Assembly (NCBI GenBank): GCA_964591425.1
Contig: CAZQES010000001.1
Coordinates: 4,353-66,846 of the forward strand
Direction of reading: 5' to 3'
DNA from: an uncultured Anaerolinea sp.
Lineage (GTDB): Bacteria; Chloroflexota; Anaerolineae; Anaerolineales; Villigracilaceae
DNA length: 62,494 bases
In this document: positions 9,165 through 18,294 of the stretch, in pieces
Position numbering within the stretch: position 1 is the stretch's first letter
How the letters are laid out: each line of letters begins with the position of its first letter
Position numbers and translations under genes: made by a program
The notes under the pieces: model-generated
What the model was told of the DNA's origin: nothing
The model's input: the letters and a program-made list of their open reading frames with translations, nothing else
The model's database searches: none

Positions 9165-10594
9165 AGGTGCGTCATCTCTCTCAACATATTTGGGCGATTG
9201 CCGGAGGGGTCAGCGTCCGCACGAAAATACTGGGCATTGTGCTGGGGTTGGTGATCCTTTTGGGCATGGGGGTAACGATCCAGGCGCGCTATGCATTGAC
9301 CGCCACCATGAACGCTCAACTGCAGGAACAAAGCGTCTCTGCCTCACGCGACCTTGCCGCCCGCTCCACCGATCCCATCCTGCTCAATGACCTGCTTGGT
9401 CTGCACGACCTCCTCCAAGAAACCACAGCCAACAACCCAAACATCCGCTATGCCTTTTTGGTGGATAACCGCGGGCAAGTCATCGCACACACGTTTGAAG
9501 GCGGATTTCCGCTCGACCTGATCTCACTCAACACGGCGCACACCGATGAACATCATCACACCGCGTTGATCCAAACCGACGAAGGACTCGTGTGGGATAC
9601 TGCCGTCCCGATCTTGGATGGAAAGGTCGGCACGGCTCGCATCGGACTTTCAGATGCTTCTGTTCGTGCGGCAGTTTCCACACTGACCGCGCAACTCATC
9701 CTGACCATCGTATTGGTGTCCATTACGGGTGTTCTGGTGGCGGTCTTCCTAACCTGGATTCTCACCCGGCCGATCATTTCGCTGGCACATGCCACACAAG
9801 CTGTGGCAAAAGGTGACTTTTCGCCGCGCGTACTTCGCTGGGCGAACGACGAGATCGGCGATCTTGCTGATGCATTCAATTCCATGACCGAAGAACTGGC
9901 GCGCACCGACGAACTTCGCAAAGAGCGCGAAGTTTTGAGAAGACAATTACTTGAAAAAGTGATTGCAACGCAAGAAGACGAACGTCGCCGCATCGCACGC
10001 GAACTGCACGACTCGACCTCGCAAAACTTAACCTCCCTCATCGTTGGTCTGCGCATCATGGAAACCCATTGCGCTCAATGTGCGTCCATTTCCAAAGCCA
10101 CCGACCTGCGCGACGTGGCATCCAAAACATTGGATGAAGTCCACGACCTTTCCATGCGTTTACGCCCGCGTGTGTTGGATGACCTGGGACTATCCGCCGC
10201 ACTCGAAAGGTTGGCTTCGGAATGGCAGACTCGTTACAGGATCCCTATGGATGTTGCCATTCAAATTGGCGAACGCCTTCCCGGCGAAGTGGAGACCGCC
10301 ATCTATCGCATCATACAAGAAACTCTAACGAACATCGCCCGCCATGCGCAGGCAAAATCCGCCAGCATTCTTGTAGAACGCCATCGCAATATGGTGCGCG
10401 CTATTGTGGAGGATGATGGCATCGGGTTTGATACCGAGGCAAATCATGGCGAACGTCACCTGGGGTTGCTGGGTATGCGTGAGCGGGCGGAATTGCTTCA
10501 TGGAACTGTCACAATCGAATCATCCGTTGAACACGGAACCAGTATATTCATCGAGATCCCTGTGCAAGCCGAAAAAATTGAAGCAAGCCCATGA
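9161..10594 (+). CDS. Membrane sensor histidine kinase (HAMP, HisKA_3, HATPase)
   Basis: Two TM helices, HAMP (DEIGDLADAFN), ERRRIARELHD, DDGIGF, GLLGMRER. Confidence 0.95.
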   Translation: MKVRHLSQHIWAIAGGVSVRTKILGIVLGLVILLGMGVTIQARYALTATMNAQLQEQSVSASRDLAARSTDPILLNDLLGLHDLLQETTANNPNIRYAFLVDNRGQVIAHTFEGGFPLDLISLNTAHTDEHHHTALIQTDEGLVWDTAVPILDGKVGTARIGLSDASVRAAVSTLTAQLILTIVLVSITGVLVAVFLTWILTRPIISLAHATQAVAKGDFSPRVLRWANDEIGDLADAFNSMTEELARTDELRKEREVLRRQLLEKVIATQEDERRRIARELHDSTSQNLTSLIVGLRIMETHCAQCASISKATDLRDVASKTLDEVHDLSMRLRPRVLDDLGLSAALERLASEWQTRYRIPMDVAIQIGERLPGEVETAIYRIIQETLTNIARHAQAKSASILVERHRNMVRAIVEDDGIGFDTEANHGERHLGLLGMRERAELLHGTVTIESSVEHGTSIFIEIPVQAEKIEASP

Positions 10595-11259
10595 ACGGTC
10601 CTGTTCGCATTCTTCTTGCCGATGACCATCCTGTTTTACGGACGGGTCTCCGGTTGTTATTAACAGGACAAAACGAATTTGAGGTTGTGGCAGAAGCCTC
10701 CACCGGCTCTGAGGCGTTATCGCTGGCAGAAAAACTCCAGCCCGAACTAATCCTGCTTGACCTGAATATGCCGGGCTTGGGCGGCATGGATGTGCTACCC
10801 GCCATGCGTAAGATGGTTCCATCCGCAAAAATCCTGATCCTCACCATGCATGATGATCCACAATATTTGCGTCAGGCTTTGAAACATGGGGCAAGCGGAT
10901 ATGTTCTAAAAAAGGCGGCAGATGCAGAATTGATCTCTGCGATTCGGGCAGTCTTGCGGGGTGAGATGTATGTTCATCCTTCAATGACCCGTGTATTATT
11001 GGAGGATATTTTGCCAGAAGCGAAATCCTCAAGCGCAGAACAAACCTGGGCAAACCTCAGCGAGCGTGAGCAGGAAGTTCTGAAACTGGTCGCGCTCGGT
11101 CACACCAGCGCGGAGATTGCCGATCAACTCAGTTTGAGCATCAAAACGGTGGAAACCTATCGCGCTCGCGGCATGGAAAAACTTGGGTTAAGGACAAGGG
11201 CAGCATTGGTAAAATTTTCTTTACAGGAAGGTCTAGTCAGCAAGGATAGCAACACCTGA
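10591..11259 (+). CDS. NarL/LuxR-family response regulator
   Basis: LADDH, LLDLNMPG, LSEREQEVL...SIKTVETYR HTH. Confidence 0.96.
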   Translation: MNGPVRILLADDHPVLRTGLRLLLTGQNEFEVVAEASTGSEALSLAEKLQPELILLDLNMPGLGGMDVLPAMRKMVPSAKILILTMHDDPQYLRQALKHGASGYVLKKAADAELISAIRAVLRGEMYVHPSMTRVLLEDILPEAKSSSAEQTWANLSEREQEVLKLVALGHTSAEIADQLSLSIKTVETYRARGMEKLGLRTRAALVKFSLQEGLVSKDSNT

Positions 11260-11380
11260 TGGCGTATTTGTGCAAAAGCGGCTTCGAACATCACGTCGCC
11301 ATGACCATGGGAAGCGTTTCAGCCGCGCTTGATGAGGCGTTCACTACGTATATGGGTGGGAGAATTACAAACATTCCTAA
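11250..11380 (+). pseudogene. 3'-terminal remnant of an L-fucose/arabinose isomerase-family gene
   Basis: QHLMAYLCKSGFEHHVAM..LDEAFTTYMG then, after a 1-nt shift, WENYKHS*; resembles the recalled family C-terminus (GFEHHVAM...YLGW). Confidence 0.7.
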
Positions 11381-11447
11381 TTTGATTCGTAAGTCGGCGT
11401 TATCGACAAACTGGACGAAGCGGGATTTCCTCCGCTTCTTATAAAAT

Positions 11448-11476
11448 AAAAACCCGCCGTTCCAGCGGGTTTTTTT
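11448..11476. terminator. Bidirectional intrinsic terminator
   Basis: AAAAACCCGC-N7-GCGGGTTTTTTT between convergent units. Confidence 0.8.
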
Positions 11477-11478
11477 AG

Positions 11479-11550
11479 TGCCGAGGGAGAGATTCGGACT
11501 CTCGACCAAGGGCTTATGAGTCCCCTGCTCTACCACTGAGCTACCTCGGC
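11479..11550 (-). tRNA. tRNA with CAU anticodon (probably elongator Met; Ile2 not excluded), CCA not encoded
   Basis: GCCGAGG TA GCTC AGTGGTA GAGC A GGGGA CTCATAA GCCCT TGGTC GAGAG TCCGAAT CTCTC CCTCGGC A folds as a cloverleaf. Confidence 0.93.
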
Positions 11551-11568
11551 GCGGGCAAAGCGCCGCAA

Positions 11569-11597
11569 ATATTACTATGGGAGATAGGGTTTGTCAA
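11569..11597 (-). promoter_or_regulatory. Candidate sigma70 promoter for the tRNA
   Basis: Minus strand TTGACA-N17-TAATAT. Confidence 0.5.
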
Positions 11598-11652
11598 CGC
11601 AACAGAAAAATTTACAGAGTGGGATATAATCAGCCAAGGAGTTGCTTGAGAA

Positions 11653-12564
11653 ATGAAGATCCTCGTCCTCAACAATGATCTGATGGAACGCACCGTCATT
11701 CAACATGTGTTGCAGGTGAACGGTCATGAGATCGTCAACGCCGAGAACAGCGACACCGCGTTGTACCTGCTCCAAAACGGTGATATCCGATTCATCATCG
11801 GCGATCGTTCCAACACGGACATGGATGAAAAGGCGTTCATCCGTAAAGTGCGCGAGGCGAAACCGCCGTATTACGTCTACATCCTGTTGATCACCGCCAA
11901 AGTGCAGGATGCCGACGTGACCACGCCGCGTTTGGGCGCGGACGATTACCTCAACAAACCGATCGTCCCTGCGGAGTTGAAATCGCGTGTGCACATCGGC
12001 GAGCGGATTCTCGCCCTCGGCGACAATCTTGTGAACGCGAAGGAAACCCTCGACAACCTCGCCATGGTGGACACGCTGACCGGCGCGCTCAACCAGATTG
12101 CATTCATGATCTTCTCGCGCGGCGAACTCGAACGCGCGCGCCGCGGCCAGGCGCCATTGAGCCTGATCGCCTTCGATGTGGATAATTTCAAGGCTACGAA
12201 TGAAAAATACGGACGCAACATCGGCAACGATGTGCTGACCGTCATCGCGCAGGGCATCCACGAGAAAAGCCGACCCTACGACGGGCTCGGACGCTTCGAG
12301 GCAGACACCTTCCTGCTCATCCTGCCCGGCGTGATCGGCGCCGACGCGGAAAAGATCGCCGACCGGATCATCAAGGGAATCGCCAACACCAGAATCTCCA
12401 TGCTCGACGGCACGGAATTAAAGGTCAGCCTGAGCGCAGGCATCGTCTCATCGGCGCGCGTCACTGTTTCCACTGACATCGATGCGCTGGTCGAACGGAC
12501 AAAAGAGGCGGTCTCGATGGCGAAACGCGACGGGGGTGATCAGATCTACACCATCTATGTGTAG
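11653..12564 (+). CDS. Receiver-GGDEF protein (PleD/WspR-like) with degenerate active site
   Basis: REC domain (GADDYLNKP), DTLTGALN, DVDNFK; GGDEF replaced by EADTF. Confidence 0.88.
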   Translation: MKILVLNNDLMERTVIQHVLQVNGHEIVNAENSDTALYLLQNGDIRFIIGDRSNTDMDEKAFIRKVREAKPPYYVYILLITAKVQDADVTTPRLGADDYLNKPIVPAELKSRVHIGERILALGDNLVNAKETLDNLAMVDTLTGALNQIAFMIFSRGELERARRGQAPLSLIAFDVDNFKATNEKYGRNIGNDVLTVIAQGIHEKSRPYDGLGRFEADTFLLILPGVIGADAEKIADRIIKGIANTRISMLDGTELKVSLSAGIVSSARVTVSTDIDALVERTKEAVSMAKRDGGDQIYTIYV

Positions 12565-12567
12565 GAA

Positions 12568-12885
12568 CTACGCGCCGAAAAACTGCAAGAGGAATAACGC
12601 GACCATCCCTGCCAGGATGGTGATCAATGTGTTTTTGCTCATCCACGCAATGACCACGGCGATCAACCCTGCGAGCAGACGGTAATTATCCAACGAAAGA
12701 TGCAACTCGCCGGAACGCAAAAACAATTCCGGGAAAACAATGGCGGATAGAACCGCCGGGGGAACGTAATGCAATGCCTTGCGCATCGTTTCCGGGACGT
12801 GCAACTTGCCGAAGGCGTAGATGAGCGAGAACCGCATCCCGAACGTGATCAACCCGCCCAGCAACATGACAAGCCAAATATTCAT
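12568..12885 (-). CDS. azlD: AzlD-family branched-chain amino acid exporter, small subunit
   Basis: ALHYVPPAVLSAIVFP motif; follows azlC. Confidence 0.9.
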   Translation of the reverse strand: MNIWLVMLLGGLITFGMRFSLIYAFGKLHVPETMRKALHYVPPAVLSAIVFPELFLRSGELHLSLDNYRLLAGLIAVVIAWMSKNTLITILAGMVALFLLQFFGA

Positions 12886-13021
12886 TTCTTCTCCAAGAAA
12901 TTAAGAACCATTCGATAGTCGTATGCCGGGCAAGGACGATGCGGAAGGGTGGTACGCACATCGTAATTAGGCAGGATTCCATCCAGCCCCACGAAAGCCA
13001 TCAAACAAAAAACTCCTGACA

Positions 13022-13768
13022 TTACGAGTCGTCCAAGGATCGGCGCAGGTTGGCTTGGATCGGCAGACCCGTTTGGGGTTTTCCATGCGTGTTGTTTTCT
13101 AAAAATGTCCCCACAGCAATTCCAACCAAAGCCGCGAGGATCAAACCTAATTTATAGGGGAGCGAGTACGCGGCAAGCGCGACGCATCCCGCCGACAACG
13201 CCGCCGCGATCGCAGGTCGATTCTTCAACACCGGCACCACCATCGCGATGAACGTGAGCGGAAGCGCAAAATCCAGCGACCACGAATCGGGGATCGCCGC
13301 GCCAAGAAAAATCCCCAGCGCGGTGCTGACTTGCCAGGTCACCCACAGCGCAAGCCCCGCGCCGAAAAGGAACCAGTGGCTGTACGGTTTCACTCCATCA
13401 CTTTCATAATGAATGATGCTGGGAGCATACGCCTCATCCGTGAGCAGGTAACTCAAAAGCGCCTTCCAACGCGTCGAAAGCGAGGCAAGATGAGGGGCGA
13501 GCGAAGCGGAGTACAACATGTGCCGCAAATTCACCACCGCGATCGTCAACACGATGACGAATCCCGGCGCCGAATCCTTCACGAGTTGCGTGGTGATGAA
13601 CTGCGCCGAACCCGCGAAGACCATCGAAGACATCATCTGCGCTGCGGCAGTGGAGAGCCCGGCGCCTAGCGCGAGCGCGCCGTAGATCATGCCGAAGGGG
13701 AAAACACCGATCAACAGCGGGATCTCGGCGCGAACCCCCGCCCAGAAATATTTTTTCTTTTCACTCAT
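13022..13768 (-). CDS. azlC: AzlC-family permease
   Basis: PFGMIYG, VFAGSAQF, VNLRHMLYS, LTDEAY; start MSEKKK overlaps the upstream stop. Confidence 0.93.
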   Translation of the reverse strand: MSEKKKYFWAGVRAEIPLLIGVFPFGMIYGALALGAGLSTAAAQMMSSMVFAGSAQFITTQLVKDSAPGFVIVLTIAVVNLRHMLYSASLAPHLASLSTRWKALLSYLLTDEAYAPSIIHYESDGVKPYSHWFLFGAGLALWVTWQVSTALGIFLGAAIPDSWSLDFALPLTFIAMVVPVLKNRPAIAAALSAGCVALAAYSLPYKLGLILAALVGIAVGTFLENNTHGKPQTGLPIQANLRRSLDDS

Positions 13769-15114
13769 CGCGCACCCATAATTTCGCGCGCCGCGCGTTG
13801 ACCGCTCTCGACCGCGCCCTCCATGAATCCTTGAATCGGCGTGGCGTGCTCGCCCGCGAAGAACAAACGACCCGCCGGTTGAGATAACGTCTTCCAATGT
13901 TTCAACACATCGCCGGGCGCGAGCGCCATGTACGAGGCGCGCGTGAACGGTTCGTTCAACCACGCGATCGTTGCCACGTTTTCGATCAACTTCGACGAGC
14001 CGGGAAAGTGTTTTTCGATCTCGGCGACCGCCGTTTCGATCCGCTCTTCATCGCTCATTGCAGAAAGTTTCACTGCGGGACCGCCGCCGGTGTAGGCGGT
14101 GAGGATGCCGCGTTCATGTTTAAAGTGACTCGTGGCATGCCACGTCATTACGATCGGCGCGTCGGTGGTCAGCCTGCCGGACCAACCGCGCTCATTCCAA
14201 AACCGCTTGCGATATTCGATCATTACTTTCGTCACTGCGCCATATGAAATTTCGTTCACGAGTTGCTCATGCGCGGCTGGCAGGGAGGAATTGAAATCGA
14301 TCGCACGCGCGGTCGTCAGGGGGATCGCCAAAATCGCAAAGTCCGAATCAAGCGTCACGTGCGAATCGGCTTGCAGGTAGGTCACAGCCACCCCGTCCGG
14401 TTTGAGGCGCACCGAGTCCACGACGGCGTTGAAGCGCACATCGGGTAACGCCTGCGCCAACGCGCGCGGAATCTGGTCATTGCCTCCGAGCACGCGCAGA
14501 CTCGGCGCACGATCTGTTTCAAAATAATACATCTTCGCGTTGCGGCACAGATCGAGCAGGGATAACTGCTCCGGCTCGCAAGTATATTCGGAGCGGATGT
14601 GCTGGGCGAAAAATTGCTTGGCGAACGGATGCACATCCAGCGATTGAATCCAATCGCGCGCGGATTGCGAATCGAGACGCGCCGCTTCGCGCGCTAAGTG
14701 AGGCTGGTTCGGGTCTGGGACGAATTGACTCAACCCCGCTAAAAATTCCCATTCGCGGTCCACTTCATCGGCAAGGTTGAAACCCCACACGCCGGCATCG
14801 GTCAGCGGACCCGACTTGCCGTCGAACGATGCCCAATCTTTATCGCCGCCGCGCCAACTCGTGGCTGGCGCGACCTTCAAGCGGAATTGATGCGCCAGCG
14901 CGATCATGCGCGTGTGAGTCTCTTCGATGAATTCTCCGCCGCCTTCGGCAACCAACCCATTGGAAAATTCCCGTATCGTGTACACGCGTCCGCCCACGCG
15001 GTTGCGCGCTTCGAGCACAGTGACGTTCCACCCGGCGCGATGCAACTCGAACGCGGCGGAAAGACCGGCGAGTCCCGCGCCGATCACGGTGACAGTTTTG
15101 TTATTTGTCCTCAT
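13765..15114 (-). CDS. Flavin monoamine/L-amino-acid oxidase family
   Basis: VIGAGLAGL..EARNRVGGR; FAGEH..GFMEGAVESG. Confidence 0.92.
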   Translation of the reverse strand: MRTNNKTVTVIGAGLAGLSAAFELHRAGWNVTVLEARNRVGGRVYTIREFSNGLVAEGGGEFIEETHTRMIALAHQFRLKVAPATSWRGGDKDWASFDGKSGPLTDAGVWGFNLADEVDREWEFLAGLSQFVPDPNQPHLAREAARLDSQSARDWIQSLDVHPFAKQFFAQHIRSEYTCEPEQLSLLDLCRNAKMYYFETDRAPSLRVLGGNDQIPRALAQALPDVRFNAVVDSVRLKPDGVAVTYLQADSHVTLDSDFAILAIPLTTARAIDFNSSLPAAHEQLVNEISYGAVTKVMIEYRKRFWNERGWSGRLTTDAPIVMTWHATSHFKHERGILTAYTGGGPAVKLSAMSDEERIETAVAEIEKHFPGSSKLIENVATIAWLNEPFTRASYMALAPGDVLKHWKTLSQPAGRLFFAGEHATPIQGFMEGAVESGQRAAREIMGAR

Positions 15115-15251
15115 GTTCCAAGTATAGCCGGGAATATTCAATAGGTTTTGTCGCAGTTGAACTGCGACAATGTTATCGGCACGATTTGACTGACAAATCG
15201 AACTGCCGCCCCATCATTTGTGAGGCACTGAGTTTAGCCGGGGATTTTCCC

Positions 15252-16307
15252 CTATATCAAAGGGTTCCATCGCAAGGATAGGAAGAACGCGAGGAGCATC
15301 AACAACACTGCCACGGCATTGAAGAGCGCGCTGATCTCCGTCGTCTCGCGCGTGACGACCAGATAGGTGGGGAGATTGCGGAATACATCCTGCAATTCGC
15401 TGGCGCTCGTCGCCGCGTAGTAGGTGCCGCCGGTCACATCCGCCACTTGTTTCAAGGTGACCTCATCCAATTCCCTGCGGAAACCTCCACCCCCGCCAAA
15501 CGGATTACCGAACCCAAACCCGGGACCACCGAACGGGTCGCTCTCGGAAAACGCGTCACCGCAAATCATGGGTGAGGTATTGTTGATCGTACCGAACCCG
15601 ATGGTGTACACGCGGATGCCACGTGCGATCGCTTCGTTGGCGGCGGTGAACGGAGAGGGTCCCGCGTTGCTCGACCCGTCGGTCAGCAAGACGATGATGT
15701 GCGGCGCGAACTCTCCCTCGGGAACCGATGCGACCGATTCACCCGGCAGGGTCGGCGGGATTCGGCTGTCGATCTCGGAGATCGCGTCGATGGAGCGAAG
15801 GATGGCGCTTCCGATCGCCGTCCGGCGCGCAGGGAGAAGATTCGTGATCGCATTGGCAAGCAGGTTCCTATCTTTGGTGGGAGGTTGAACCAACTCGGCA
15901 AAACCGGCGAACGCGACGATTCCGATCTGGGTGCCTTCATCCTGACTATTGACAAATTCGATCGCGGCTTCCTGGGCGGCAACCAGGCGGTTTGGGGGAA
16001 TATCTGTGGAACACATACTGCGAGAAATATCGAGGGCAAGGATGATCGTGGCGCGGTTCGATGGGACGACGATCTCGGCTGTCGGTCTTGTCAGGGCGAG
16101 GATCAAACTGGCAAGCGCGAAAAGGAAAAGGATGAACGGCAGATGCCTGCGTAACCATGATTGATGCGATGCCGCCTCACGCACTAACGACAGGCTTGAA
16201 TATCGAATGACGAATCGCCTGCGCCGGTTCAACAGCCAGAAATATGCCCCGATGAGCACGGGCAGTAGAAGCAATACATAGAGGGCGCTGGGCCACAACA
16301 TGCTCAT
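15252..16307 (-). CDS. BatA-like membrane VWA-domain protein
   Basis: MIDAS DISRS, TAIG, LLTDG; N- and C-terminal TM helices. Confidence 0.92.
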   Translation of the reverse strand: MSMLWPSALYVLLLLPVLIGAYFWLLNRRRRFVIRYSSLSLVREAASHQSWLRRHLPFILFLFALASLILALTRPTAEIVVPSNRATIILALDISRSMCSTDIPPNRLVAAQEAAIEFVNSQDEGTQIGIVAFAGFAELVQPPTKDRNLLANAITNLLPARRTAIGSAILRSIDAISEIDSRIPPTLPGESVASVPEGEFAPHIIVLLTDGSSNAGPSPFTAANEAIARGIRVYTIGFGTINNTSPMICGDAFSESDPFGGPGFGFGNPFGGGGGFRRELDEVTLKQVADVTGGTYYAATSASELQDVFRNLPTYLVVTRETTEISALFNAVAVLLMLLAFFLSLRWNPLI

Positions 16308-17329
16308 AGGACGCGCCCAAACCAGAGGAGCGAGATCGCGCCGCCGATAATGAAAAGCAGGATACCCAATCCCGCTAGAAGTGAGGTCACTTCCATTTCT
16401 TCCGTTTGGATGGATAACTTCGGTTCGAGGTCGTCGTAGATGCGGCGCAAGTCCTCTTCGTTCCCTGCATTGTAATAAGCTCCGCCGGTCGTGACGGAAA
16501 TATATTGCAGGACCGGCTCGTTCAACTGCGAGTGGACCGTGAATCCTTCCACGGTAATGGTCGCTCCTTCAGCCGTGCCGACGCCGACCGTGTAAATGCG
16601 GACTCCGAGGTCTGCGGCGAGGTCAGCCGCGGCGACTGGGTCCGGGTCCTGGTTGTTCTCACCATCGCTGAACAGGACGATCGCAGAGGATGGATACCAG
16701 CCTTCCGGAAGTGCCTCCGATTGGGGCGCAGTATCCGATTGCAGAGGAGGCGTATCGGGAATATTGCTCGTGCTCAAGAACGCCGGATCGCCGGCATCCA
16801 CCGCGATGGTGTTGAGCGCAACGAGAATCCCGTTTCCAACCGATGTACCGCGGCGCGGCACGAGGCGTTCGATGGTGTCGATTACTTCACTCCGTTCGCC
16901 GGTCGGGTTTTGCACCGTGATACCGCCGTCGCTGAACGCGACCACGCCGATCTTCACGCTGGTCGGCTGGGTATCCACAAATTCCAATGCCGCGGCTTTT
17001 GCCGCCTCCATGCGCGTGGGTTTGAGATCGTCCGCCGCCATACTCCCCGAAACATCGAACGTGAGAATGACCGTGCCTTCGATACGCGGCATGCTGATCA
17101 CTGCCTGTGGACGTGCGAGAGAAAGGATCAAGATCGTGATGGCGATCAAAAAGAGGAGCGCGGGGAGTTTCCGCCGCGTAGATGTGCCGCTCGACGAATC
17201 ATGCAGTGCGCCAAACCCTCCGAAGCGCGCGGCGGCTTCGCGCTTCCGTTTTTGGATTCGTTGATACAACAAGACCAACAACGGAACGCACAACAAAAGA
17301 TAGAGGAGGGACGACCAGATGAATGACAT
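16304..17329 (-). CDS. BatA-like membrane VWA-domain protein
   Basis: DVSGS, FSDGE; terminal TM helices. Confidence 0.92.
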   Translation of the reverse strand: MSFIWSSLLYLLLCVPLLVLLYQRIQKRKREAAARFGGFGALHDSSSGTSTRRKLPALLFLIAITILILSLARPQAVISMPRIEGTVILTFDVSGSMAADDLKPTRMEAAKAAALEFVDTQPTSVKIGVVAFSDGGITVQNPTGERSEVIDTIERLVPRRGTSVGNGILVALNTIAVDAGDPAFLSTSNIPDTPPLQSDTAPQSEALPEGWYPSSAIVLFSDGENNQDPDPVAAADLAADLGVRIYTVGVGTAEGATITVEGFTVHSQLNEPVLQYISVTTGGAYYNAGNEEDLRRIYDDLEPKLSIQTEEMEVTSLLAGLGILLFIIGGAISLLWFGRVL

Positions 17330-17385
17330 AAAAATTCGGAGATTGGAGACTGGAGATTCGATGAATAATCTCCAATCTCCAGTCG

Positions 17386-18294
17386 CTAGTTTTTTCGAAC
17401 CTGTTGCCTTTGCTTTGCAAACCGCACGATCGAACGAACGATATCATCTTCCGTCGAAAGCGGAAGCACATCCACGCCTGCTCGTTGGAACGCGGCGTTC
17501 AAATCCTGTTCGCGTTGTTGCGCCGCGGCAAAGAATTTTTTACGAAACTTGAGGTCGTGCGTATCCACGAACATCTGCGCGCCGGTTTCGGCATCTTCCA
17601 TCACCACCATGCCCACATCGGGCAACTCCTCCTCGCGCGGGTCGAACAGGCGCACCGCGATCACCTCATGCCGCCGATTCAACTGGCTCAACGAACGTTC
17701 CCAGCCCGGTTCACTGATGAAATCGGAGATGACGAACACCAGCGAACGGCGTTTGATGGAATTCAACGCGCCGTCGAGAAAGGTTTTGAGATTGGTGAAC
17801 GGCGCGCGCGGTTGACGCGGCTGTTTCTTCATATCGTTGATGAGACGCAATACCTGTAGTTTTCCGCCTCGCGCCGGGATGGTCTGCTGGTTTCCGTTCC
17901 CGAACATCATCACCCCCACGCGGTTCCCGTGACGCGTCAACAACCTGGCAATGACCGCCACAAAATCGACGAGCATGGTTCGTTTCTCACGCGCCGTGGC
18001 GGTGGTGCCAAAATCCATCGAGGGACTCAGGTCGAGCAAGAACCACCCGGTGATCTCGCGGTCTTCGTGGTATTGCCGCACGTAGGGCGTATCCATGCGC
18101 GCGGTGACGTTCCAATCGATGTAGCGGATATCGTCTTCCGGCTGGTATTCGCGCAGGTCGGCAAAATCCACGCCGAAACCGTAGAACAGCGTGCGATAAT
18201 CGCCCTGCAACATACCGTCGAGGCGGCGGATGACGTTCCAGTCGAGCCGGAGCAAAACCTGCTCAGGCGTTACTGCCGACGTTGACATGTTCAT
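17386..18294 (-). CDS. DUF58-domain protein
   Basis: DFADLREYQPEDDIRYIDWNVTAR, DLSPSM, VISDF; start uncertain (18288 or 18294). Confidence 0.93.
   Translation of the reverse strand: MNMSTSAVTPEQVLLRLDWNVIRRLDGMLQGDYRTLFYGFGVDFADLREYQPEDDIRYIDWNVTARMDTPYVRQYHEDREITGWFLLDLSPSMDFGTTATAREKRTMLVDFVAVIARLLTRHGNRVGVMMFGNGNQQTIPARGGKLQVLRLINDMKKQPRQPRAPFTNLKTFLDGALNSIKRRSLVFVISDFISEPGWERSLSQLNRRHEVIAVRLFDPREEELPDVGMVVMEDAETGAQMFVDTHDLKFRKKFFAAAQQREQDLNAAFQRAGVDVLPLSTEDDIVRSIVRFAKQRQQVRKN

Noticed and set aside
11259-11444. 61-aa ORF as an intact small protein
   Set aside because: Better explained as a frameshifted isomerase remnant
11479-11550. tRNA as integration site of the reductase island
   Set aside because: No duplicated tRNA 3' end or integrase in the window; the border maps to the isomerase remnant
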